Assembly (NCBI GenBank): GCA_965222805.1
Contig: CBDCUX010000005.1
Location: 2,978,777 to 3,042,776 of the forward strand
Source of the DNA: Candidatus Poribacteria bacterium
Lineage (GTDB): Bacteria > Poribacteria > WGA-4E > PCPOR2b
Direction of reading: 5' to 3'
Length of the DNA stretch: 64,000 nucleotides
Part shown: one piece after another, positions 27,469-36,667 of the stretch
Position numbering within the stretch: position 1 is the first letter of the stretch
How the letters are laid out: each line of letters opens with the position of its first letter
Notes under the pieces: generated by a model
Database searches by the model: none
What the model saw: only the letters and a program-made list of their open reading frames with translations
What the model was told of the DNA's origin: nothing
Position numbers and translations under genes: made by a program

Positions 27469-28362
27469 CTAAGAACCTGTTTTAAAAAGAAAAACACTAC
27501 TCAAGCGTTAATGTTTACGTTTAATCATTGGAGGAGTCCATACTGACCCAATGAAAGGCATAAACATGACCCGAACAAACTATCCCACGGATTTGACCGA
27601 TGCCCAGTGGGAAAACCTATTACCCTATCTGCCAAAACCTTCACCATTAGGCAGACCTCTCAAGTGGGAGATGCGCTCAGTTATCAACGCTATGTTTTAC
27701 ATAGTCAAGTCAGGGTGTCAATGGCGAATGCTTCCTTATCAGATGCCACCGTGGCAAACGGTCTATTCCCACTTTAGAAAGTGGAAAGCCTTAGGTACAT
27801 GGCTTATGATTCATCAAGCACTTCATGAACAAACCCGTTGTGATATTGGCAAAGCACCCTCACCGACAGTAGCTATCATTGACAGTCAATCGGTCAAGAC
27901 GACTGAACTGGCAAATAGTAGGGGGTTTGATGCGCATAAGAAAGTCAAAGGCCGTAAACGTCATATAGTCACCGATACGATTGGCATTCCATTGGGAGTC
28001 GAGGTTACTGATGCCAATGTCAGTGATAACCAAGTCGCAATAGAGTTACTGACAGAAATCTTTAGTTGGCACATAACGATTCAGTTAGTCTGTGCTGATG
28101 CTGGCTATCGTGGCGAATTAGGCGACTATTTATACTTGACGCATCAGTGTCGATTGGAAATCGCTCCACCTCTTGGGCAATCGGGGTTTGTGGTTGTCCC
28201 ATTGCGCTGGATTGTGGAACGCACCTTTTCTTGGTTCGGTTGGTTTCGCCGATTGACTTTGGACTATGAACGCTCGGCTGAGACCGCTGAGGCGATGGTG
28301 TACATTGCTTCCATTTACTTGATGCAAAATCGTATCAAATGACTTTTAAAACAGGTTCTAAG
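27469..28362 (+). mobile_element. IS5-family insertion sequence (about 894 bp) with 19-bp terminal inverted repeats
   Basis: Left inverted repeat CTAAGAACCTGTTTTAAAA (27469-27487) and right inverted repeat TTTTAAAACAGGTTCTTAG (28344-28362) are exact reverse complements. Single transposase ORF inside. Confidence 0.8.
27551..28342 (+). CDS. IS5-family DDE transposase
   Basis: DAQWE..LLP...GRP.....V.NA..Y....GC.WR.LP, ..IDSQSVK.., ..ADAGY.. are conserved blocks of IS5/IS4-type transposases. 263 aa. Confidence 0.8.
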   Translation: MKGINMTRTNYPTDLTDAQWENLLPYLPKPSPLGRPLKWEMRSVINAMFYIVKSGCQWRMLPYQMPPWQTVYSHFRKWKALGTWLMIHQALHEQTRCDIGKAPSPTVAIIDSQSVKTTELANSRGFDAHKKVKGRKRHIVTDTIGIPLGVEVTDANVSDNQVAIELLTEIFSWHITIQLVCADAGYRGELGDYLYLTHQCRLEIAPPLGQSGFVVVPLRWIVERTFSWFGWFRRLTLDYERSAETAEAMVYIASIYLMQNRIK

Positions 28363-28406
28363 TGAATCATACCCTCAAAAATTTGTGTGCAGAGGAGATC
28401 TCACTA

Positions 28407-29489
28407 ATGAAATCGACCCAATTTCCCATACTAATTGTTTTGGTCCTTTCAATTGTAATAGTCGTCCTAGTTATTTTGACTATAGCTCGACCATCTCTAT
28501 TTCAGCCAGACATTTTCGTCCAAGATTCTCAGGAATTGAGTTTGCCTGAAGGTGCTAGAGCCCACCTCAGTAAGGGTGAAATAAATGAGATAGCCTATTC
28601 TCCCGATAGTAGTCGTCTCGCAGTTGCCAGTTCTATCGGGGTTTTGATACATGATGCACGAACCGGTGAAGAACTGAGGCGACTCAAGGGACATAGGGCA
28701 GAGGTCTATAGCGTCGCGTTTAGCCCGGATGGCAGCATCCTCGCCAGTGGGGCTGGAGACGATACCGTCCGTCTGTGGGATGCAGTCACGGGTAAGCACA
28801 AACGAACACTCAAAGGGCATTCAGCCTATAGTGTGGCATTCAGTCCAGATGGTAGCACGCTTGCAAGCGGGAGTGCGGACCAAACCAGCCGTCTGTGGGC
28901 TGTTCTGCGACAACTTCTCAGTTACAACGGGGGAATGGGTGCGGACCAAACCATCCATCTGTGGGATGTCGCCACAGGTGAATCCAAGGGGGTGCTCACA
29001 GGACATGCAGCACAAGTTACGAGCATCGCTTTCAGTCCAGATGGCGGGACTCTTGCGAGTGGGGGTAGTGACGGCAGAGTGCGGTTGTGGGATGGCATCA
29101 CAGGGGAGCATCTCAAAAATCTCACTGGTCATGGTCAGCTGTGGTTCATCTGGGACTTAGCGTTCAGTCCGGATGGCAGCACCCTCGCATGTGCAACCTT
29201 TGACGGGGTGAAATTCTGGGATGTTGTCACAGGACAGGCCACAACTTCATTTGCAGGGGAGGCTGTGATGGGTATTGCGTATAGTCCAAATGGCACTACC
29301 CTTGCAAGTGGGGGTGACGACGACGACCCCACCATCCGTCTGTGGGATGTCGCCACAGGCGTTCACAAGCAAACACTCACTGGTCATGGTCAGTGGTTCA
29401 TCTGGGACTTAGCGTTCAGTCCGGATGGCAGCACCCTCGCAAGCGGGTCACGGGACGGAACGTTGCTCCTGTGGGACTTGCACCGATAA
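28407..29489 (+). CDS. WD40-repeat beta-propeller protein, paralog 1 (N-terminal signal anchor)
   Basis: Repeated AFSPDGS.LASG..D.T.RLWD units. Start set at ATG 28407 (GAGGAG RBS), because the longer track ORF begins inside the IS right inverted repeat. Contains an in-frame partial duplication (GCGGACCAAACCAGCCGTCTGTGGG / GCGGACCAAACCATCCATCTGTGGG). Confidence 0.7.
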   Translation: MKSTQFPILIVLVLSIVIVVLVILTIARPSLFQPDIFVQDSQELSLPEGARAHLSKGEINEIAYSPDSSRLAVASSIGVLIHDARTGEELRRLKGHRAEVYSVAFSPDGSILASGAGDDTVRLWDAVTGKHKRTLKGHSAYSVAFSPDGSTLASGSADQTSRLWAVLRQLLSYNGGMGADQTIHLWDVATGESKGVLTGHAAQVTSIAFSPDGGTLASGGSDGRVRLWDGITGEHLKNLTGHGQLWFIWDLAFSPDGSTLACATFDGVKFWDVVTGQATTSFAGEAVMGIAYSPNGTTLASGGDDDDPTIRLWDVATGVHKQTLTGHGQWFIWDLAFSPDGSTLASGSRDGTLLLWDLHR

Positions 29490-29638
29490 AGGGCGTCAAC
29501 GAGGAGGGGATTATAAACCTCCTCGATTTTGGTGCTGTAATAACCCAAGCTGTTCTAACCTACACCCATTCACAATCGAAGTTGACTTACCCATTCCAAG
29601 TACCGGCGTGGCATTTTTGCGACGGCGGTGTAGCATAG
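29490..29638 (+). pseudogene. Out-of-frame remnant of dockerin-like repeat and T9SS-type tail downstream of WD40 paralog 1
   Basis: The frame after the stop reads GVNEEGIINLLDFGAVITQ..., homologous to DVNRDGVVNAQDLVIVAARFG of paralog 2. It is separated from the WD40 ORF by a stop codon. Confidence 0.4.
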
Positions 29639-29882
29639 TTTCGACATCCTCTTTGTAAATACAACCCTCCCTTTGAAATCACAACGCATGTCAAAAGTAG
29701 ATGCAAAGTTGCCCGGAGAGCGGATTTGCCGACACACGCGGTTTTTTGCACAATACGCTTCGCATGATTTAGGATAATTGTGGTATCGAAATTGCGTATG
29801 GTTAATGTACCAATTGAATTTCGCTCGGCAACGATTCGCGTTAATCTTATCCAGTGCCATTAAAATGTCAATAGGACCTATA

Positions 29883-31367
29883 ATGAAAACAATGCAATTT
29901 TCTATACTCACGCTTATCCTTGGGATGATCCTGTTTTTACCAAACACCTTTGCCCAAGATTACACGCGATGGGGTCTACCTGAAGGTGCCAAAGCCCGTC
30001 TTGGTAAAGGACGGATATCTGGTAATATTGCGTATTCTCCTGATGGTGCTCTGCTCGCTGTTGCCAGTAGTATCGGTATTTGGCTCTATGATACGGGGAC
30101 CTATCAAGAGGTTGCCCTGCTCACTGGGCATACGAATCGGGTCTATAGTGTTGCGTTTAGCCCGGATGGGAACACACTCGCAAGTGGTGGAGGGAGGCAG
30201 GCCATGACATCACTACGGCTGTGGGATGTTACTACAGGACAGTCCATAGCCACACTCACAGGGCATGAGTGGGTGATCTATAGCGTTGCGTTTAGCCCGG
30301 ATGGGAACACACTCGCAAGTGGGAGTGGGGACGATACCATCCGCCTATGGGATGTCGTCACGGGCGAACACAAGCAGACACTCACCGGGCATACGGGTTC
30401 GGTCAGGAGCGTTGCGTTCAGCCCGGATGGAAACACGCTGGCAAGTGGGAGTTCGGACGATACTATCCGTCTGTGGGATGTCGTCACAGGCGAACACAAG
30501 CAGACACTCACCGGGCATACGGGTTCGGTCAGGAGCGTTGCGTTCAGCCCGAATGGGAACACGCTCGCTAGTGGAAATACGGACGGAACTATCCATCTGT
30601 GGGATACCGTGACGGGGGCAAATCAACGGACCTTCACTGGACATACAAGGCTGGTCAGGAGCACCGCGTTTAGCCCGGATGGCACCACACTGGCAAGTGG
30701 GAATGAGGATGGCACGGTGCTTCTGTGGGAACTTAGCCCCACAGCGGCACCACAACTGCTCGGGGATGTCAACCGCGATGGTGTGGTGAACGCCCAAGAT
30801 TTAGTGATCGTTGCTGCGCGGTTTGGGCAGAGGGAACAGAATGGTGCTGATGTCAATGGGGATGGAGTTGTCAATATTTTCGATCTTGTCATGGTCGCTG
30901 GGCTGCTTAGCGATACGGCAGCCGCGCCTTCGGCGCATCCACAGTTACTGGCAAGGCTCACCGTTGCGGAAGTCGAGGATTGGATCAACCAAGCGCAGGG
31001 GTTAGCCCTCACGGATGCAACTTTGCAAAGAGGAGTTCTCTTTCTTGAACATTTGCTCGCGGCGTTGACCCCGACAAAGAATGCCCTGTTGCCTAACTAC
31101 CCGAATCCGTTCAATCCAGAGACGTGGATGCCGTATCAACTCGTTCACGCTGCCGATGTCCAAGTCACCATTTATGACACAAAGGGCGCGATGGTGCGTC
31201 AATTAGATTTGGGGCATCAGCCTGCAGGATATTACACGGATCGGTCAAAGGCGGCGTATTGGGACGGGTACAATGGGAGTGGTGAATCGGTGGCAAGCGG
31301 GGTCTATTTCTATCAACTCCGGGCGGAGGATTATTCAGCCACGAGACGGATGGTAATCGTCAAGTAG
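29883..31367 (+). CDS. WD40-repeat protein paralog 2 with C-terminal dockerin-type repeats and T9SS C-terminal sorting domain
   Basis: Signal peptide (MKTMQFSILTLILGMILFLPNTFAQ), WD40 repeats, two DVN(G/R)DGVVN..DL dockerin-like repeats, then NYPNPFNPETW...GVYFYQLRAEDYS..RRMVIVK matching the Por/T9SS C-terminal-domain consensus. Confidence 0.75.
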   Translation: MKTMQFSILTLILGMILFLPNTFAQDYTRWGLPEGAKARLGKGRISGNIAYSPDGALLAVASSIGIWLYDTGTYQEVALLTGHTNRVYSVAFSPDGNTLASGGGRQAMTSLRLWDVTTGQSIATLTGHEWVIYSVAFSPDGNTLASGSGDDTIRLWDVVTGEHKQTLTGHTGSVRSVAFSPDGNTLASGSSDDTIRLWDVVTGEHKQTLTGHTGSVRSVAFSPNGNTLASGNTDGTIHLWDTVTGANQRTFTGHTRLVRSTAFSPDGTTLASGNEDGTVLLWELSPTAAPQLLGDVNRDGVVNAQDLVIVAARFGQREQNGADVNGDGVVNIFDLVMVAGLLSDTAAAPSAHPQLLARLTVAEVEDWINQAQGLALTDATLQRGVLFLEHLLAALTPTKNALLPNYPNPFNPETWMPYQLVHAADVQVTIYDTKGAMVRQLDLGHQPAGYYTDRSKAAYWDGYNGSGESVASGVYFYQLRAEDYSATRRMVIVK

Positions 31368-31423
31368 AACCATCAAGGCTTACCTGAATGGTAAACAAAT
31401 TTTCAGAAAAGGAGCACTTTAAG

Positions 31424-33253
31424 ATGAAAACAGTTGTGGCTTTGTTTATTCTTTTTGTCCTATTTCATGCAAGCACTTTCGCCCAAGATTCCCCACAATG
31501 GAATTTACCCGAAGGTGTCAAAGCACGCTTTGGTAAGGGTAAGATATTTGAACTTCAATATTCGCCGGACGGTACTCTGCTCACCGTCGCTAGTGGTATC
31601 GGTATTTGGCTCTATGATACAACGACCCTTCGAGAGGTTAGCCTACTTACTGGGCATACGGGTTTGGTCAAGAGTATAGCGTTCAGCCCGGATGGACGGA
31701 CGCTTGCCAGTGGAAGTTCAGACAGCACAGTGCGCTTGTGGGATGGTGTGACGGGTAGACACAAGCGGACACTTAAAGGGCATACGGGTTCAGTTAATAG
31801 CATCGCCTTTAGCCCGGATGGGAAAACCCTTGCCAGTGGAAGTGGGGACGGGACGTTGCGATTGTGGGATGGCATGACGGGTATATATAAGCAAACGCTT
31901 ACGGGACATATCTCTGGGGTCAGTAGCATCGCTTTCAGTCCAGAAGGCACCACGCTCGCGAGCGGAAGTTCGGATAGCACAGTACGGCTGTGGGATAGTG
32001 TGACGGGTGAACATAAGCATATACTCACAGAGCATACGCGGAGAGTTACTAGCGTTGCGTTCAGTCTAAATGGGAAGACCCTCGTCAGTGGTGGGTATGA
32101 CACGGTACGGATGTGGGATGGCGTAACGGGTGAACACAAGCGAATACTCATAAGACATACGTGGGGTGGTACTAGCGTCGCGTTCAGTCCGGATGGAGAT
32201 CTGCTCGTTATTGGCGGGTCGGATGGCATAGTGCAACTACGGGTTGCTGCCACGGGTGTATACGATCAGACACTCAGAGGACATACGGAGGAGGTCAATA
32301 GCATCGCCTTTAGCCCGGATGGGAAGACCTTGGCTAGTGGGAGTGAGGACAGCACGGTGTGGCTGTGGGATGCTGCCACAGGGCATCCCATAGCTACGCT
32401 GATTGGACATACGGAGGAGGTCACTACTGTTGCGTTCAGCCCGGATGGGGACATACTTGCAAGCGGGAGCGTAGACAAGATGGTGAGGCTGTGGGATGTT
32501 GCCATGGGGTGGCACGAAGCCACACTTGCTAAGCATACAGAGGAGGTTTACGATATTGCGTTCAACCCGGATGGAGGCACACTCGCAAGTGGGAGCCGGA
32601 AAGGCGCGGTGCACCTGTGGGATGCTGTCACAGGACAACACAAAGCCACATACTGGAATCGAGGATTAGTTAAAACTATAACGTTCAGTCCCGATGGATA
32701 CACATTCACAAGTGGAGGCAGAGATGGCAAGAGGCACCTGTGGGACGCTGTCACGGGACGGTACAAAGCCCCACTCGGAAAACATATATCCCGTGCCTTC
32801 AGCATTGCGTTCAGTCCGGATGGCAGCCTCCTTGCAACTGGAAATAAGAACGGCACAGTGCACCTATGGGATACACGCACGGGGGCACGTCTCAAAACAC
32901 TCACAGGCGATGACCAAACGTCTTGGATCTATAGCCTAGCATTCAGTCCTGATAGCACTACCCTCGCAAGTGGGACCCATACAGGAGTGCATCTCTGGGA
33001 TGTCGTCACCGGACAGTCCACAGCTACATTTGCAGGGGGCAATGTGACCAGTGTTACGTTCAGTTCGGATGGCAGCACACTTGCAGCTGGAGGCTTTGAT
33101 GTGTGGCTATGGGACGTTGCGACGAAACAGCTCGTAACTACGTTCACAGGGCATACGGGCGTTGTCAACAGTGTTGCCTTCAGCCCAGATGGGGACATAC
33201 TTGCAAGTGGGAGTCGAGACGGTACAGTGCTCCTGTGGGATTTGCGTCGATAG
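31424..33253 (+). CDS. WD40-repeat beta-propeller protein, paralog 3 (signal peptide, about 14 WD repeats)
   Basis: Start ATG 31424 with AAAAGGAG RBS. Repeats of AFSPDG.TLASGS.D.TVRLWD. Downstream of the stop an out-of-frame DVNKAGVANVLDFSDV dockerin remnant is visible (33256-33330). Confidence 0.75.
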   Translation: MKTVVALFILFVLFHASTFAQDSPQWNLPEGVKARFGKGKIFELQYSPDGTLLTVASGIGIWLYDTTTLREVSLLTGHTGLVKSIAFSPDGRTLASGSSDSTVRLWDGVTGRHKRTLKGHTGSVNSIAFSPDGKTLASGSGDGTLRLWDGMTGIYKQTLTGHISGVSSIAFSPEGTTLASGSSDSTVRLWDSVTGEHKHILTEHTRRVTSVAFSLNGKTLVSGGYDTVRMWDGVTGEHKRILIRHTWGGTSVAFSPDGDLLVIGGSDGIVQLRVAATGVYDQTLRGHTEEVNSIAFSPDGKTLASGSEDSTVWLWDAATGHPIATLIGHTEEVTTVAFSPDGDILASGSVDKMVRLWDVAMGWHEATLAKHTEEVYDIAFNPDGGTLASGSRKGAVHLWDAVTGQHKATYWNRGLVKTITFSPDGYTFTSGGRDGKRHLWDAVTGRYKAPLGKHISRAFSIAFSPDGSLLATGNKNGTVHLWDTRTGARLKTLTGDDQTSWIYSLAFSPDSTTLASGTHTGVHLWDVVTGQSTATFAGGNVTSVTFSSDGSTLAAGGFDVWLWDVATKQLVTTFTGHTGVVNSVAFSPDGDILASGSRDGTVLLWDLRR

Positions 33254-33329
33254 AGGATGTCAACAAGGCTGGAGTTGCGAACGTCCTCGATTTCTCAGAC
33301 GTTATGCGGATGGGGCATCCTACCTCCTA

Positions 33330-34988
33330 CTAGTTTGATTTTACGTTCCCCTCTACCAACGTGAGAATTTGATTTGCTTCAATCGCTTCAAGCTGTTCCT
33401 GTAGACCGCTGGGCCAGTGGATTTCAATCCGATTGATTTGGCGGTGTTTCCCTAATCCAAAGTGCAACCGCATGTCATTCTGCGATAGGTAGCTTGAACC
33501 GCTCCGAACTTCCCGTATCTGTGTTAGGTTTCCGGTTGTGACCTTAACCCGTGCCCCAATCGCATCCCGATTGCTGCGCGTACCAATTAGTTTGAGGGTT
33601 AACCATGTATTCTGTCCTCCCCTATTCTCCAATAGGTCTGGCGTACCCTTCAGGTTCGTCACGAGCAGGTCGAGATCGCCGTCATTGTCGTAATCAGCGT
33701 ATGCGAAACCGCGACTAACCTTCTCCAAGCGCAGACCAGAACCTGAGTCGATAGCTATCTCGTCAAAGGTGCCATCTCGATTGTTGCGGAAGAATAGATT
33801 GGACTGTTCATAAAAGCCAGTCGGATTGAATGCCTGAACATTCTCGTCCAGATGTCCGTTGGCAACGAATAGATCCTGATAACCGTCGTTGTCGTAGTCG
33901 CAGAAACCCACCCCCCACGCCAAGTAGGGCAAACTCATTGTCCCAATCTTTGATGCATAGCTCACATCCGAAAATAGCCCATCCCGCTCGTTGTGATAGA
34001 GGGTGTTTGTCTGATCCTGGAAGTTGGTGACGATAAGGTCTAAGTAGCCATCGTTATCGTAATCTCCGAAGTCAGCGCCCATGCCGTTCTCTGCTTCCCC
34101 ATCTTCGCTGAACCCAACGCCTGCGGCCAAACTGACATCGGTAAAAGTGCCATCGCTGTTGTTGCGGTAGAGGAAGTTTTGGTCGGCGTCGTTGGCGATA
34201 TAGACATCCATGTCACCGTCGTCGTCGTAATCCCCCCAAGCGAGGGCGAGTCCGCGCCCTGTTGCCTCAGAAAAACCTGCGGATTCCGTCACATCGGTAA
34301 AGGTTCCGTCGCCGTTATTGTGATAGAGGATATCCAATTCCCCCTCATAGAGGCGCGGGTCACAGTAAACACGCACCCCTTTATCCATGCAGACCTGATC
34401 CGATTCGATTGCATACTTCACATAGTTTGTTATATAGAGGTCTAAAAAGCTGTCGTTGTCGTAATCGACGAAGGCGCAGCTTGCCCCCCAGCGCGTGTCT
34501 CCGGTGCCTGTGTGTGTTGTGACATCGGTCAACGTGCCATCCCCATTGTTACGGAAAAAGGCGTTTGCCCCGAAGTTTGTCACGTATAGATCGGGAAACC
34601 CGTTGTTGTCGTAATCTCCAACTGTGCACCCCATACCGTAGCCTGCATCGGCGACGCCTGCTGCGATTGCGACATCGGTGAACGTACCATCCCCGTTGTT
34701 GCGATAGAGCGCGTTCCGCGGTGGTTCGCTCCCATCTGATTGTCTCTCCGTAAGCGGAGAGAGTTCCGTCCCATTGACGAGGTAGATGTCTTGGAGTCCG
34801 TCGTTGTTGTAATCCAGAAACGCTGCGCCCGCACCGAGAGGTTCGATGAAGTATCGCTGCCCGCGCCCACCGTCGTGGTGTTTGAAGTGGATACCTGCTT
34901 CCTTTGTGACCGATTTAAACTTGATTGGGTCTGTGGAGGCAGCGCTGCTGATGAGAAGCAGTAGGAGAGATATAAAAAAAAGGTTCAT
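33330..34988 (-). CDS. CRTAC1-family protein (FG-GAP repeats + ASPIC/UnbV domain), secreted
   Basis: Signal peptide, repeated DYNNDG..D / GDYDNNGFPDL / DYDNDGYLDL motifs, C-terminal UnbV-like beta domain. Confidence 0.7.
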   Translation of the reverse strand: MNLFFISLLLLLISSAASTDPIKFKSVTKEAGIHFKHHDGGRGQRYFIEPLGAGAAFLDYNNDGLQDIYLVNGTELSPLTERQSDGSEPPRNALYRNNGDGTFTDVAIAAGVADAGYGMGCTVGDYDNNGFPDLYVTNFGANAFFRNNGDGTLTDVTTHTGTGDTRWGASCAFVDYDNDSFLDLYITNYVKYAIESDQVCMDKGVRVYCDPRLYEGELDILYHNNGDGTFTDVTESAGFSEATGRGLALAWGDYDDDGDMDVYIANDADQNFLYRNNSDGTFTDVSLAAGVGFSEDGEAENGMGADFGDYDNDGYLDLIVTNFQDQTNTLYHNERDGLFSDVSYASKIGTMSLPYLAWGVGFCDYDNDGYQDLFVANGHLDENVQAFNPTGFYEQSNLFFRNNRDGTFDEIAIDSGSGLRLEKVSRGFAYADYDNDGDLDLLVTNLKGTPDLLENRGGQNTWLTLKLIGTRSNRDAIGARVKVTTGNLTQIREVRSGSSYLSQNDMRLHFGLGKHRQINRIEIHWPSGLQEQLEAIEANQILTLVEGNVKSN

Positions 34989-35075
34989 GTTAAAAAATGA
35001 AACGAGGAGAGTGTGAAGCGTGATGCATGAAACGTGAAAAGCATTGGTTCATTAGTTCATTGGCACCGCAAGTTC

Positions 35076-35198
35076 GGGCGGGGGAACCCCGCCCCTACGG
35101 TTTCTGTGCGCGGTTTCTTGGCATGAGATACAACAATATGTAGGCATGTCCGTATGCCGCAATTTTCACAAGGGTTACGGCATACGGAGTATGCCTAC
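35076..35198. repeat. REP-like elements: GGGCGGGGGAACCCCGCCC-CTAC plus an inverted REP pair (GTAGGCATGTCCGTATGCCG ... CGGCATACGGAGTATGCCTAC)
   Basis: 8-bp perfect stem at 35076-35100. A roughly 20-bp arm inverted repeat at 35140-35198 with a GTAG head and CTAC tail. Confidence 0.65.
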
Positions 35199-35204
35199 GT
35201 GCGC

Positions 35205-35905
35205 CATGATGTAATGTAATATACAACAGACTTTGATTCTGTCATGGAAACTTACTCCATATGAGTCTTACCCTAACCGCGTTGCTGGAAACAGCAGGGT
35301 AAAAAGCAAGGGAAAATGGCTTAGAAAACAATGAATGTAGACATCGACTATGAGCCCGACTAAACTGGCATGGTGAGTCAACCAACTGATGTCTGAAGCC
35401 TCGTGAACTCCAAACAGGTGAATCTACAAAGGGGACAGGCTTGGAAACCTGTCTGACAAGCCTGTAGCCAAAAGGCATGAGCTGATGATACTACATTGTA
35501 GGTATGTAGTGTTAGTAAGTCAATCGCTTCGGGGTAAAGTCAGCACCTAATCCAGTTATTGTGTATTACATGAGAATCATGGAGTCCCTAAGTCGTCTCA
35601 TTTGAGAAGATAAGGGAGAGGAGGACAGGTAGGTAGCTGAGTCCGATACTCACCTGTGCGATATGTAATGTATTAAACAGTTTACCAAGCATGTCCAGTA
35701 TTGTATACAGCATGGCTTGTATCAGTAAGACAGCAACAGGCGAAAATACCAGAAGGCTGGGTCGCTTTTGTTTTACAACCAGCAAGGCAAACTCTATACA
35801 ATAGGGAAAGCCGTGTGCGGTGAAAGTCGAACGCACGGTTTGGAAGCAGGGAAAATGCCGTGAGGCATCTACCTATGCTTACTACTATAAAGTTATTGTG
35901 ACGCG
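35205..35905. other. Roughly 700-bp ORF-free, lower-GC intergenic segment with several stable hairpins; candidate structured ncRNA or decayed gene
   Basis: No ORF of at least 60 aa on the plus strand; the minus-strand ORFs have implausible sequences. Hairpins include UACCCU..GCUG-GAAA-CAGC..AGGGUA (GNRA tetraloop) at about 35268-35312 and GACAGG-CUUGGAAA-CCUGUC at about 35434-35454. Confidence 0.3.
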
Positions 35906-35907
35906 GG

Positions 35908-36666
35908 TTAATCAATCTTTACATACGTATGCGTCAACGGTTCCCAACCGAGCAGTCGCTTGGCTTTTGATAGATTAATTTCTTCCTGTTCCTCGTCACC
36001 GGCAATGAATACGGCGTCAAAGCCTGTATGCTCGACGGAAAGCCCCGCAAGATAAGCCCGCGCAAGGTCTTCCTCATCGGTTACCCAGATATGGACCTGA
36101 TCGGACCTAGGCTGCCCGCGTTGTTCAATCCACTGCTGGCGGGTCCTAGGACCGGTGATTCGTAGGGCGATGATCGACATACCGTGTTCACGGCAGAAGT
36201 ATCGACAGATCCGCTCCCCAAAACCTTTTGTCAAGCCGTACACACCGGGGTTATCAAGGGGCACCTCTTCCTCAGACGGAAATTTATTGCGTGTCCGTTC
36301 ATGGACGGTGAACGTGCTCGTGTGCACACCGTGGGTGATACCCTCTTCTTTCGCCGCGTGTAACAGGATATGAAGTCCCATTGTGTTGACTTGATAGTTG
36401 GCGATGACATCATCAAAATCTGCTGCTGATGAGGCGTGATCGGTGGGACGACGCATAACCATGTAGATAAATGCGTCCATTCCCTTAAGCGCCTGCTGGA
36501 CAATCTCCGGGTCGGTTACGGAACCTTCGACATATTCGACGGTTGAATCTTTGGGCGGAGAGAGGTCAAGGATGCGAAACTGGTGGTGTGGTTTCATGTA
36601 GGGCAGCGTCATGGTTCCAACATGCCCTGCTCCTCCAACGATTAATACTTTCATAGCGAGTCTCAT
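35908..36666 (-). CDS. NAD(P)-dependent epimerase/oxidoreductase (SDR family)
   Basis: VLIVGGAGHVG glycine-rich Rossmann motif at the N-terminus. 252 aa. Confidence 0.65.
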   Translation of the reverse strand: MRLAMKVLIVGGAGHVGTMTLPYMKPHHQFRILDLSPPKDSTVEYVEGSVTDPEIVQQALKGMDAFIYMVMRRPTDHASSAADFDDVIANYQVNTMGLHILLHAAKEEGITHGVHTSTFTVHERTRNKFPSEEEVPLDNPGVYGLTKGFGERICRYFCREHGMSIIALRITGPRTRQQWIEQRGQPRSDQVHIWVTDEEDLARAYLAGLSVEHTGFDAVFIAGDEEQEEINLSKAKRLLGWEPLTHTYVKID

Positions 36667-36667
36667 T

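Noticed and set aside
30345-30797. Long antisense ORFs inside the WD40 genes (e.g. 30345-30797 minus, 31612-32253 minus, 32548-32904 minus, 28821-29132 minus)
   Set aside because: They lie opposite strongly supported WD40 coding sequence. They arise from the internal repeat structure and have low-complexity Ser/Pro/Arg-rich translations.
35242-35915. Three minus-strand ORFs (77-82 aa) in the 35.2-35.9 kb gap
   Set aside because: No RBS, mutually overlapping, atypical composition. The region is treated as non-coding (possible ncRNA) instead.
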